In this document: piece after piece, positions 10,763 through 22,616 of the stretch
How positions within the stretch are numbered: the first letter of the stretch is position 1
How the letters are laid out: every line of letters begins with the position of its first letter
Source of the DNA: Macrostomum lignano
Lineage: Eukaryota
Assembly (NCBI GenBank): GCA_002269645.1
Contig: NIVC01000031.1
Span: 1,302,001 to 1,366,000 of the forward strand
Reading direction: 5' to 3'
Length of the DNA: 64,000 nucleotides
Notes under the pieces: model-generated
Seen by the model: the letters and a program-made list of their open reading frames with translations, nothing else
Database searches by the model: none
What the model was told of the DNA's origin: nothing
Program-made: the position numbers and the translations under genes

Positions 10763-11774
10763 AAAAAGTTATTTAACAAATATTATTTGTCAATTTTTAT
10801 TAATTATATTTGTATACAGTTTTAAAATACAAAATTGACAAAATGACCAAATGACAACAAATTTTACACCTACACTAAACTCACTAATATAGAAAGTCTT
10901 AGGTTTACTTTAATAAAATTAGAGATGGCCAAAAGTGATTTTTGCTACCACCCAATGTCCCAAAACTTGAAATTGAAATTTGATATATACCCGAAACCTG
11001 AAAATGACCCAAAATTTTAAAGCCAACAAAGGCAAAGCAATCTAGCTTTGATAAACAAAAGCTATTGTGAAGTTTCAGCTGAAAGCCTATTCTTCTTCTC
11101 AGTCACAATGAGTCCCTCAGCACTGAAGACAATACACTGGAGGCAGGCACAACAAGAATGTGCCTAGCAAGCTTTTCAATTTCATTTGTCAATATAAAGC
11201 TGTGCAAAAGACTAGGCTTTTGGTGTTGGTGTTTGGGGGTTGCCAACTTGGGGGTTTAGGGTCAAATAGGCCTAATGAAAGGAGGTGATCAGTGGAGCCC
11301 ACAAGTTTAGGTGGTGAACAAACCCATAAAACTCCATTTTGAGGAGAGAGAGAGAGAAAGACGGTTTAAAGTGGCAAACATTGAGGGAGTGGAAGAGAAA
11401 GGAAGGGTGGCTAAATTGACAAACATATAGAGAAGGGAGAGGAGTTAAATGGGGGCAGATTTAGATTTGCTTCTTGTCTTCTATATTAAGTTTATGGGCT
11501 TATTATTGATTTATATAGATCAATTTGCTAATTATGATTATGTTATGTCTGGTATCCTGTCCATGCCCTAGCAGTGCCTAGTCTAGACTCTAGAGTTAGG
11601 GTGATGCTTTCACTGCTTAGCTAATACATAGGGAAAGGTGCCAATAATAAAACCAATTGAATCTCGGCATAGTCCTAGCTATCAGCTTACACTGTTACAA
11701 TTGCTATATACACTAAGCACAAGCCCAACCCTCTATTCTAGAGGAATCATTAAATTTAATTGATTTATTAGCAA

Positions 11775-11910
11775 ATTTTTTTTTATTTTTTTGTTTTATT
11801 TTTTTTTGAAATAAAAATAAATAGGTTTTATTTGCATTGAATGCACCTACCCGTCTAATATACAGCAACCCGTGGGTAGAAGTTGGGGTGGCTATTACAA
11901 ATAGGCTACA
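11775..11910 (-). mobile_element. Possible LINE/SINE 3' end with A-rich tail
   Basis: Minus strand reads ...TGCATTCAATGCAAATAAAACC followed by a long interrupted poly(A); no coding remnant recognised. Confidence 0.3.
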
Positions 11911-12481
11911 ACCTTTCTACTGGAGAAGCAGGCTGGCCAAAGAAGGTTATAAAAATTCTGTATTCATACATATAAGTTTTACATTTGACTTGGCAGCCAT
12001 CTAAGAAGAGATACACATTAAACTTGGCCATTTGATTGATTGATCCACTTAGCTTTAGATATAAGAATGAGCTTGAAATTTCAGGTATCAATATACCCAA
12101 AAGTGTAATACTAGAAATCAAAATTATAACCCAAAAATTGCAATAAAAATGCCTAAAATTTTGAGTACCCAAAATTCTAGCTAAAATTTTGGGCCATCTT
12201 AAAATAAAATTTCTTAAATTCAACAGTTCTTACCTAAAACTAGAAGTGCACATAGCTAAAAATAGTTAAAAGTAATATTTTTTCACTAAAATCTTCAACT
12301 AGGCCTATAGCACTGCTTAACTTACTAACTTTTTTTTCAATTTTAAACAAACAATCTTTGATTTATTTGTATGGCTTTAACTCTATATAACATTTTGAAC
12401 CTAAGAGTTAATACTAAATGGTACTATGCACTTTTAAAGTTTGTTTGTTTTTTAGAAAGACAACAACCAATCTAACCTATG

Positions 12482-13059
12482 TGGCAATAGTGCAGTTTCA
12501 TTCGCAAAATTATTTTTTGTTTAAATTTGAAAGTTTGAAACCAGAAAACAATAACAACAATGTTTTAAACCATTCTAGCAACTGTGCCAGAGCTCACTGG
12601 TCACGGAACTTTAAAGCAAATGGGTGCTCTATTAATATTAATATACTTTTTTCATTAAATCTTGCCATGCTCAAATGCTACTTGAAAGTTGAAATGCAAT
12701 TTGTCTATGGAAAAAAAAGTTTAAAAAATTGAAAGGGGCTCAAGTGGGGGGGGGGGCTTGAACTGTTTCCCTTTAGCTGAGAAGCTGCTAATATCTGCTT
12801 TTTCTTTTGGACAACATATTGTATTATGGCTGGACAACCACCAAGACCCTTGTGGATAATTCCGCCGAATGAAGTGCTGCTAGCGAATGCTCTACCGCAA
12901 CTAGAGCTAAATGTGCGCAACCTGATGGCTGCCATGGTCTCTGCCACAATCGTTAGAATAATTTAAAACATCAATTTTTATTGTTGTTATTGTTTTCTGG
13001 TTTTGAACTTTCAAATTTAAATGAAAAATAATTTCGCAAACGAAACTGCACTATTGCCA
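12482..13059. mobile_element. MITE-like element with ~110-bp TIRs
   Basis: TGGCAATAGTGCAGTTTC...AACAATAACAACAAT at 12482 is mirrored by ATTGTTGTTATTGTT...GAAACTGCACTATTGCCA ending at 13059; TSD unclear. Confidence 0.75.
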
Positions 13060-13552
13060 ATACCACCTATGCTTATATCTATTTTCTTTTTGATCTAAGT
13101 TGAAAAAAGGTATTAAATAAGTTTTAAAATAGACCAACTTTTAGCTATTATATATGTTTACTTCAAATAAAGTAAATGATTTTGAATTTGATATAATTCT
13201 TTATCAATTTATTCTTTGTATAAATGACTATATATAATGTCTGAATTTTATAACTTAATTAGAAGAGATACTATAAAAAAATATATGATGCTTGTCTATA
13301 TTTATAAAATATAAGGACTATAAGCAAACAATTGTTATATATACCTATATGGCTATATCTATATACTCAACCTTCTTATTTATATAGGGGCTTATACCTT
13401 TGCCTTTTTCAACATATAAAACTAAACTATATTTAAGCCAAGACTAAAATCCTAAGGTTCTTTATGTAAACAAGATTTGTTTCCCAATCTAAAGAAATGA
13501 AAAGTTCATTTGAATGAAAGAAAGCCAATGACTTCTATTAGGCCACTTAATG

Positions 13553-14433
13553 GGTGACTGGTCATTTCATCAAAAACCTTTTCATCAAAAGCCTTTTCGT
13601 CAAATAGTCATTTGGTCAGTTCGTCAAAGTGTGTGTATAGTTTCAAATGTAAATTGAAGTTACTCTAGATTAGTCACATGTATACTCAATAGGTCAGCAT
13701 TAAAAAGAAGTATACTGTTTGTTTAAAATACTGTTTCTAAGAAAAGGCACAAATCATAGTAGCTAGGGCCTTTTCATATTGCTTGTTCTGGTTCCAGAAC
13801 CAGAACCAATTTGTGAAATATAACTTTTTGTCTCTATAACTAGAAGGAGATACGTGCTAAAAAGTTTTTATTATTGAATGACAATCGCCAAGAAGAAAGT
13901 GAAAAATTCTGCTGAGGTTGTTAAGGCAGTCAAACATTCAACAGAATTAAATAGTTATACTGCTGTTTTTTTGGAAGATCCAAACCGATTCTGATTCTGG
14001 AATCGGTAATATGAAAAGCCTCCTAGTTAGATTACTCATAATTGCATAGTAAAATATCAAAACCATGCAATTATACCGTTATTGGTATTAATATTAATGA
14101 AATAACATAATAAAAGCATAATTTCACTAAGTAAAATACTATGTCCATCACAAAGCTAAGAATCAAGATGTAAAAGGAAAATTATAAGTTAGGGTTAGGG
14201 TTATCCTTTTTCATGTTTCATTCTTAGAAACCCTTTGCTTAAACAAAAGGTAGTGAAGTCCTTTTGATATTGATTTATCTTGACATTAAATTATTTATTT
14301 TAAAAACTAATTAAATTATCTAAAAATTAATTACAATGGGCTTTATTTTATCTACCATTTGACGAAATGACAAATTTACTGTTTGACAAAAAAACTTTTG
14401 ACAAAATGGTATTTGACAAAATGACCTAGAACC
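13553..14433. mobile_element. Mutator-like MITE with a nested smaller MITE (13766-14023)
   Basis: Ends GGTGACTGGTCATTTCATCAAA and TTTGACAAAATGACCTAGAACC; direct repeat ACTTAATG (8-10 bp) on both flanks. The inner element has GGGCCTTTTCATATT / AATATGAAAAGCCTCC ends flanked by TA. Confidence 0.75.
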
Positions 14434-16757
14434 ACTTAATGCCTTCTACTTGTTAGGCCTAGTGCCTATAGTTTTAAAACATAGGCCTATCTTAACCTTA
14501 GTCTAGTCTAGGCTTAGATTAGACCAATACTCAACTAGTAAGGTTTAGTAGGCCCCTAATCCCTATAAAAGAATGGAAAATATCTTAACCTTAAATATTG
14601 TAGATGTTAATATAATTTAATAAATTTATTCATTATTTCTAAAGACATCCAAAGAGTTTAAAAAATAGCCCCAGCCTAATTAAAATAGGCCTAAAGCCTA
14701 GTTTATAATTAGACTTAGGTAGGTTTTATAGTAATTAGGCCTAACCTAGTCTTAGAGTTAACTCTAGAGACACTTTACAAATATAAGAGATTATGATGAA
14801 TTAGGCCTACAAAAAAACTTCAATAAAGGCATATTCTAATTTCTAAATATAACATACTATGGAGATACACATTAAAATATTATTTTAACATAGTCTTATG
14901 TAATATTCTATTCTTATGTGCCTGTTTTTATAATAGTATACGAGCTCGTAATAGTTTGTATATTTCTAAATTATGTTTTACACGCGCTATCAAATTAGTA
15001 AACTAGTAGCCGCGTTGAATTTGCCCGAAAAATTTGTGAGGTGGGGTAGAGAAAAAAAACTAAAATTGGAAACTGGTTAAACTTGAGGTTTTCGATTGGG
15101 GTTTCTTCGAAACCGGTTGACGTTGCGTTCGCACGAATAAAGCCGGAAATTATCGCGCAGACGAATCACAACGGAATTTTTTCCCCTGTTTTACTCCAAC
15201 TGCCGGGGTCCTCAAGTCCGGGGGAGGGTAGTCGTAATCGTAGCGGAGCTCGGTTGTGTAGCGGCGCGGTCGTTCAAATGATAAGACACCGTAGATTCAG
15301 ACACCGAAATTGAGCTTGTCGATTTTGCTGAGCTTGTTCCTTCCAGTAGGGTAGAGCTGCCACCACCGTAATTTACGTATTACGGAACGAATAAGTCTCT
15401 GAGCTTTCTTTGAGCTGAGAACTTTAATTGGTTGTTTTACGCCCCACGGGCAAATAACTCAAGATAGGCTATGGCTTAAAGTCAACGGATAAATATGGTG
15501 GTTATGTTTAAATTGATTTATTAATATCTTTATTAATATAACGGAGAGCAGGTTAAATTGATGTTATTACTCGGTTACGTCGAGTTAATTCTGCGGGCCG
15601 CGGTGCTAACGGCTAATTAAATAAATAAACTGGATAGGCGCACAAGTAAATCGGATGACAAACTAGAAACAGAAAACTAAGAAAAGGACGAGGAGGCGGA
15701 GAAGGATGCTATAGTTTACACCGAAACGAACATCAATATATAATTGCCTCAAACTCTACCTCGGCTGGACCACAAAAAGGAAAAATAAAACACGCACAGG
15801 GACCAGCCGCGGTAGGAAAAGCAAAAGTATTGAATTAAGTGGGTTACGAAGTATAATAAGCAACTGCTGGAAACAATTATACGCAAAAGGGAGATTAGCA
15901 GTCCCATTACGGGACGGGGAGCGTGACGGAAAACGTCCCGGCGTGGGAGAACAATTCCGGGTTGGGACAACACGATCACGTAAAGGTAAACCGATTTAAA
16001 GTTTTTTAAAATAATGATTAATGTAAAATTTAATAGACCAAATTAATAAAAGGGGCAGCCACCTGCCACATTAGAAACAATTTTAAGTTTGTTTTACTAA
16101 GCAAAATGTTGCGATAATTATTTTTTAGTTATAAACGCACCTCCCCAGTACCCTATCTATATATAAGCCGATTTCACTGCAAATAAATCAGTTCAGATCA
16201 GTGCAGCCAGGGTGAAATACAGATACTGAGAATAACTAGTATTCTATAGTTATTCTAGTATCTTTGGGTGAACAGCCCACCCCAAAATAAATTTCTGGCT
16301 GCGCCACGGACCTGCCATTTAGGTATTGCAGTATCCATTAAATAATTTGGTAATATCCTAGGTTTCGGATTAAAGTCTAAGCTAGCCTAATCCGAATCCT
16401 AAAACCTGGAATTCTATAATAATCTTATGATTTTTAGAAATAAAATGTCAAGATTTTAGCACAGGCTTAGGCTCTACTAGCTAGTTCAAATTTCACAATT
16501 TTAATACTAAAGCTAATATTTGGTGCACGCGGTCATTCGTATTCGGGCAGACGAAACGACTTTTTTTAAAATAAAAAGTAACAATATAGCTACATAACTT
16601 GTTGGATACTTTTCATAATGAGATATTGCGAGTCATGCAAAGAGTCATTTTTGATCATGAGATATCATTTTTGTATGCGTAATTTTGTTAATCGCAATAT
16701 TTCAAAACAACAACTAACAACAGAATATGTACGGTCGCCTTCAGCGTCAAAGGGTGC

Positions 16758-17313
16758 CAGGGGCATCGCCATCGGGGAGGACAGTGGGGCATGTGATGCC
16801 CCCCCCCCCAGTAGAAGCCATGGGGGACATGCCAACGTACGCTAGCGCTTTGTTGAAGTGTAGCTCGTCTAACATATAGTAGGAAAATAAACGTCAACAA
16901 AAACATAAAATAAAATTTTCTTTCTAGCCAACGCGTTTCGTCAAACACAAGACGCGTCGTCAGGGCAAATTCAATTAACCTTAGTTCACAACACCAATAT
17001 ATTTAAGCAAAACAAACTGTACAGTCCAAAGGCTGTATAAATTCCAAATAATTTGCTTCAAGGCAACAAACACATCACGCCTGCAGCACCAAACTAAGTG
17101 CCTACAGCGGTGAAATGTTTCCTGCAGCACCAAAATGAGTGCCGGCGATGCTAAAATGGTGCCTGGGAAGTTAAAATGAGTGCCTGCATGCGGCGCCAAA
17201 ATGATCGATGACAACACCGATTTGGAAATACAGGAATTTAGTCATGTAAATTTATTCATGTAAAATTCTCGGCTTTGTCCCCCCCACCAGAAAAATCCAT
17301 GGCGACGCCCCTG
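16758..17313. mobile_element. hAT-like MITE
   Basis: TIRs CAGGGGCATCGCCAT / ATGGCGACGCCCCTG (14 of 15 match); degenerate 8-bp TSD AAGGGTGC / CAGGGCGC. Confidence 0.7.
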
Positions 17314-17324
17314 CAGGGCGCGCC

Positions 17325-19380
17325 TCAGGGCCAGGTCACGAAAGAACGCCACGCCGCCGGCCGAATCCAAGGCGCCGGCGTCAGACAGCAGGCAATCGAC
17401 GAAACGCCGAGTGCGCGCCTGCCCTTGCCGGTAGGGTGCCTGCGCGGCGCGGGAATGATGTGGCCTGCTAGCTGAAGTCGCCGACGAATGTCGCTTGGAC
17501 GGATCAGGCCGGCGGGGTGATACAAAGCCGCCGCGTTAGTCACTTGCTCGTAGCCGATCTTGATGGCGGCGCGCAGCAGGCCAGCATGCACGACATCAAC
17601 TGGTTGCTCAAGCGAATCCGTCAGCGTCCAGGTCTCGGCGTTGTACAGCAGGACGGTCTCGATCATCGCCTGGAACAACGCCACACTCTGGCGGTCAGGT
17701 AAGGCCTCGGACTTTTGGAGCACCTTCAGAACGAAAGGCAGCCCAGGCAAGCCCGCGGCAACGCCGCGAATCCTCGCGAACGCCGGGAACCAGACCGCCG
17801 AGGTAGACCAACTGCTGACAACGCAGGAGCTCTTTCGCCTGTCCATCAGCACCTCGGCACAAAATCGCAGCCTCCATGTTGTCCGGGACACAGAGCACAA
17901 CGGTCTTCTGCGTGTTGACCACCAGGCCGACACTCGCCAAACTAGCAAACTAGCAAACTAGCTTGTCCAGTTGTCCAGGGTGCCCTCGACAGTTGAGGAC
18001 AGCAGGGCGAGATCGTCAGCGTAGCCAAGCACGCTGAGCCGCCTCTCCGGTTGACGTCGACCCACGCGTCGCCGCAACAGAAAGCCGTCGTCGTTGGTAG
18101 GAATGTACCAGGCCACGCGGCCTCTGGCATTGGGCCTAGCGGCAGAGACGGCCCGAATGGCGTCATCAACAGCAGCCTGCTGGCGCTGCAGATAGACAGC
18201 CGCTAAGGCCTCCTCTGCCACGAGGGTTGGTCGCCTGCTCAAACGGAGCCTCTCCAGCTCTTCCCTCGCATTCCGAATCGCGGGGTCATCTTGCCATACT
18301 GGCTGCCCCCGCGCTGGGCCGGTCGCATCAGCGGGACTGCTTGCTCCGGGGCGGCTCGAACTGCAGCGCACACCTCTGCGTACTCGGCACCTCCACGCTT
18401 GCCGCCGAGCGCAGTGATGAAAGCGCTGGCAAAGCGGCTGTGCGTGTTGGCGTCAGCGGTGGCCGCTTCGGCGGACGTAGAACGGTTCGCGAAGACGAAG
18501 GTCGCAGACGATCAGAAGTCGATGATCGGACCGCAGAGTAAGCGGCGTGATGGCGCGGCCATTGACGACGCGGCGGCGCTCGCGGAAGCGCGCCAGCACA
18601 TGATCGCTGAGCCTGCCTCCGTGTTGCGTTCCGGCCACACGCGTTCCGCCACCTGCGCTTGCAGCCCACAAAAGTTGCGAGTCTGCCCAGCGGCTTGCGG
18701 AAGCGAGTGTTGGCCGACACCATGTCCTGCCTCTCTAGGAAGTCCTCCAGCGCTCCAGTGCCGTTCTCACGCGGTGTGACGAACAGTGACCGCTCGGACC
18801 TACACAAAACCGCGTTCAGGTCTCCAAGGATGATCACTGTGACACGCTGTGCCGTAGTTGCCTCGACCCGTACCGAGATCGAGCTGCTCAAAAAAGTCTT
18901 AAGCCTCATCAGGGCGGGTGGCAGGGGGCGCATACGCGCAGAACAGGCGAGCGTTCTAGCCTCGAAGCCGAACGTCGACCCGAAGCAGCCGAGGGGACAG
19001 GGAGACGCAGTGACAGCTCTGCTGCAGCCTTGGTCCGACCAGCGCTCCAACTCCTCCACGGCCTCGTTGGTCCGCCGATGTGTAGTAGAGGGTCCATCCG
19101 GCGCCCAGCTCCTCACAGTAAAGCTCTGGGTCAGCCTTGATACACACCTTCTGCAGTGCGATGACATCACAGCTCAGGTCGAGCGCTAGCTTTGCCAGAG
19201 CCCCTCCACCGCCAGGCGGCCTTGAGCGTGCGGCAGTTCAGCGTCTCGAGCCGAAGCGTGGTACGGCCCTGTGGTACGGCTGGGGCTCGATGTAGATGAG
19301 CCTCTCGGTCCCTGGCGCCACCCAGAAGATCCGCGTATGGGCCAGCGCGGCAGCAGCTCGGCGGGGCATCCCCACGTCAC
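17325..19380 (-). mobile_element. Degenerate RTE-clade non-LTR retrotransposon (endonuclease plus RT C-terminus; RT core deleted, frameshifted)
   Basis: AP-endonuclease motifs DVIALQ, GRGGVGALV, IILGDLNA, VSANTRF, SDHRLL; RT motifs GYADDLALLS and YLGG; RTE-type tail LLYNAETWTLT...[10 protein letters not shown]; spread over several frames. Confidence 0.9.
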
Positions 19381-19845
19381 CAGTTGGAAAAAATTATTCA
19401 ATCAAATAAAACGAAAAATGACAGTTGATTAGAGAAACGATGCATAATTAGATAACCACAAAGAGAATTCGTCAGCTAAGGCATCAAAATTGTTAAATTT
19501 AACCATACAAACTGACAATAGTCGTATAATTTACTACTTCTTTCATGTACTTTTGACAAGGAACACTGTATATAGCTATTTTTGTGTCGTAGCAGGCGTG
19601 GCGCACGAAGAGATCCAGTTTTATTACTTCTAGTACTTTTAGTCTGTCTCAATTGCCTCAGTTTATAATAATCTCCGACTTTTTACTGGCGCAAACATCG
19701 CTCTGTCCGCATGTTGCTAAATTTAGCTTATTCTGTATCAAAACAGTATGATGTGTCAGCAAGGCACCAAACTCAATAATTATACAGACAGCATTATGTG
19801 GCACCAAGAGTTGCTCCGTTCCCTCACAGCCCATCGCTCTCGCAG

Positions 19846-22616
19846 TCACGATGAGGCACTCAGGAAGCTGTGCTGCAGCAGCTCCGCGGTGTCCGCTCGC
19901 TTCATCGGGTCATAGTCTACGCACCTGAGGTAGAAGTCCTTCAGGTCGGCTGAGAACCCGTCCGCAATCCGAGGCATCGCCCGCCCTTCGCACCTCAGGA
20001 TAATGATGCGGTGCTGCGGCTCTTTGCCATCAGGAGGCTGCATGGTCGTCAGCTCATACACGGTGCAGCCGAAGGCCCACACGTCGGTTTTGGCTGAGTA
20101 CGGAATCGAGTCGTCCTCGCCCATGAACAGCTCGGGCGCCATGAAGTTCCAGGAGCCTTTTGGCTGGTTGCCTGCGCTCAGGCTGCAGGTGTTGAAGATC
20201 TCCCTGGCCAGACCGAAGTCGATCAGCTTGATGACGCCCTCGTTGGTGAGCATCACATTGGAGCTCTTGATGTCACGGTGCAAGATGGCGCCCTCCGGCT
20301 GGCAGTGCAGGAAGTTCAGGCCTGAGCAGATCTGCAGGTGGAGCAGTTTTGAGCAGTCATAAAATTGGATCTTTCCAATTTTTATCCCACCCACACTGAC
20401 CTGATCTCATACTGATCCGACACTCATCCCACCCATGCCAGGCAAACCCAGAGAATCCAGAGACGCACCTGTCTGGAGAAGTCTCTGACCCCGGACTCCT
20501 TGAACGGCTTGTTCTGACGCTGCATCAGCTCAAAGAGGCTGTGACCCGAGACCAGCTCGGTGAAGATGTACATCCCATCCGAACTCTGCTCGCACTTGAG
20601 GAACTGCACAATGTTGGGATGCGAGAGTTGCTTGAGGATCTCAACTCCACGATTCTCCATCTGAAGTTTTTTCTTCAGTTCCTCTGCGTCTTGTTCAGCT
20701 TGGCTCAGGGGCAGCACCTTGACAGCCACCGTCTGGTTGCGGTCTGTGAGGGCCTTGTACACCTCACCGAATCCGCCATGGCCGATGAGCTGCTTCTTGT
20801 TGCCCTGCAGGATGAAGTCCCAGTCGGTGAAGCTGGGGTCCAGCTGCTTCTTGGGGCTGAAACATGAGGTGAAGGAATTTGATAAATTTTGAGCTGCTTT
20901 GGGCTTCCTAAGTACTATGGAGTCACTCAGCCTTCTGCATCACCCCTCTGCGTCACCGCCCTTCTGCGTCACCACCCCTCTGCGTCACCACCATTTTGCG
21001 TCACCACCATTTTGCGTCACCACCATTTTGCGTCACACCCCTCTGCGTCACCACCATTTTGCGTCACCACCCTTCTGCGTCATCACCCTTCTGCGTCATC
21101 ACCCTTCTGCGTCATCACCCTTCTGCGTCATCACCCTTCTGCGTCATCACCCTTCTGCGTCATCGCACTTCTGCGTCTGCCTGCCTAAGAGAGCAGCTGA
21201 GCTGACTGTCCTAAAATACATGTACATGCACAAAAGCCCTGATGGAAAAGCCATTTCCAATACGAAACCTGTCTTCCCAAATCAACACCTGTAGCTCTGA
21301 CCCCAAAATACACATTAAGATTGGGAGCGCCATGGGGAGCTACCCTGACAAATTCATGATGCCCCTCGCTTGACGGCGGCGCTGCTAAGAATTTCAGGAA
21401 AGTGCCGATCAGGAAAGCGCAATGAATTTTCGCCAAACATATATCAGTATTTTTAGTGTCAGGCAGCAGTTCTCATCCATGACTCACTCAGCTGAGGCGG
21501 CAGTCGGCGCTGAGCTGCCAGCGGGAGGCCGAGAGGCTTCGAGCCGCCGCTGAGTGGAGGAAATCCAGGCCTGCTTTGCTCTTTGGTCTTTGTAGGACCT
21601 CTCTACAGCATCAGCCGGTGTTTCGCCCTCTTTGTTCTTCAAGCTGAACATTTCGGCTCCGATTTGGTCAAAAATGAACTGAAGCGAGTCGACTGGCTGA
21701 GATGCAGCGGCCAAATGGACGGCCGTGTGACCGTATTTGTCAGGAACTGTGAGACAGTCGCTGCCGGCCTCATTCACCAGCCACTTCAGATTTGAATTGT
21801 CAAAATTCACAGCAGCAAAGTGAAATGCTGTTTTATCACTCTTTGTCTTCAGCCGAAAGCCGTCAGTTCCGATCTGTCTCTTGATCCACTCCAGCGACTC
21901 GATACCCTGATGCTTAGCGGTCAAATGGACAGCCGTGTAACCGTTTTCGTCAGGAACTGTGAGACAGTCGCTGCCGAGCTCCTTCACCAGCCACTTCAGA
22001 TTTGAATTGTCAGACTTCTCAGCAGCAATGTGAAATGCTGTTCTATTCCACCGTCCCTTCAGCCGAAAGCAGTCAGTTCCGATCTGTCTCTTGATCCACT
22101 CCAGCGACTCGATGCCCTGATGCTGAGCGGCAAAATGGATGGCCATGTCACTTGATCTGTCAGGAGCTGTAAGACAGTCGCTACCGAGCACCTTCACCAG
22201 CCACTTAAGACAAGAATTGCTTTTTCTGTTCATAGCGGCAAAGTGAGCGACTGTGTATCTCTTTATATCGACAATTCTCAAGCAGTCTCTGGCTCCCTTC
22301 TCTTTAATCAGCTTCATCCAAGATTCGTCCTGATGCTGGGCTGCCAAGTGCACTGGAGTCTCATCACTTTCATTTCTATGTGTCAGACAGCCGGTTCCGA
22401 ATCTGTCAATCAGCAGCTTCAGGCACGACAATCTCACCGGCTTGCAGGCCACGTGATGGACCAGCGGCATTTTGCGAAGTTCTTCAAATTAAAGGGAAAG
22501 TCTTGCGTGTCGAACCCGCCCACCTCCAGCTCGATGTTGCTGTCGATCTCACCGCACAGTCGCTGCAGCTCCTCGCTGTCTCCAGCCTCCAGCGCCGCTC
22601 TCAGCTTCCGCTCCAT
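19846..22616 (-). CDS. Ankyrin-repeat / STE-like (MAP3K-type) Ser/Thr kinase fusion gene
   Basis: The ankyrin exon (22481-21488, ~9 repeats such as ETPVHLAAQ, YTAVHLTAK, HTAVHLAAA) ends at a phase-2 GTGAGT donor and splices in frame to kinase exons 20856-20469 (GHGGFGEVY, VAVK) and 20331-19846 (HRDIKSSN, DFG, APE, DVWAFGC). Probable ATG at 22616; the join to the ankyrin exon needs a 71-nt intron or a frameshift. Confidence 0.88.
20930..21180. repeat. 16-bp minisatellite (CGTCATCACCCTTCTG) in the ankyrin-kinase intron
   Basis: Visible tandem repeat; explains the ORFs at 20889-21294. Confidence 0.95.

Noticed and set aside
15083-15979. GC-richer ORFs 15083-15313 and 15749-15979
   Set aside because: No recognisable domain or splice-consistent model.
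15015-16976. Element bounded by TTGAATTTGCCC / GGGCAAATTCAA
   Set aside because: Only a 12-bp match with no extension or TSD; compatible with chance.
22470-22500. Programmed -1 ribosomal frameshift at CCCTTTA
   Set aside because: The heptamer is in the wrong phase and the -1 frame has TAA at that spot.
6947-22616. Single Ank-kinase-Rel read-through gene
   Set aside because: The kinase exon ends in TGA with no convincing donor, and the Rel gene has its own ATG exon with a strong donor; only long-read cDNA could revive this.
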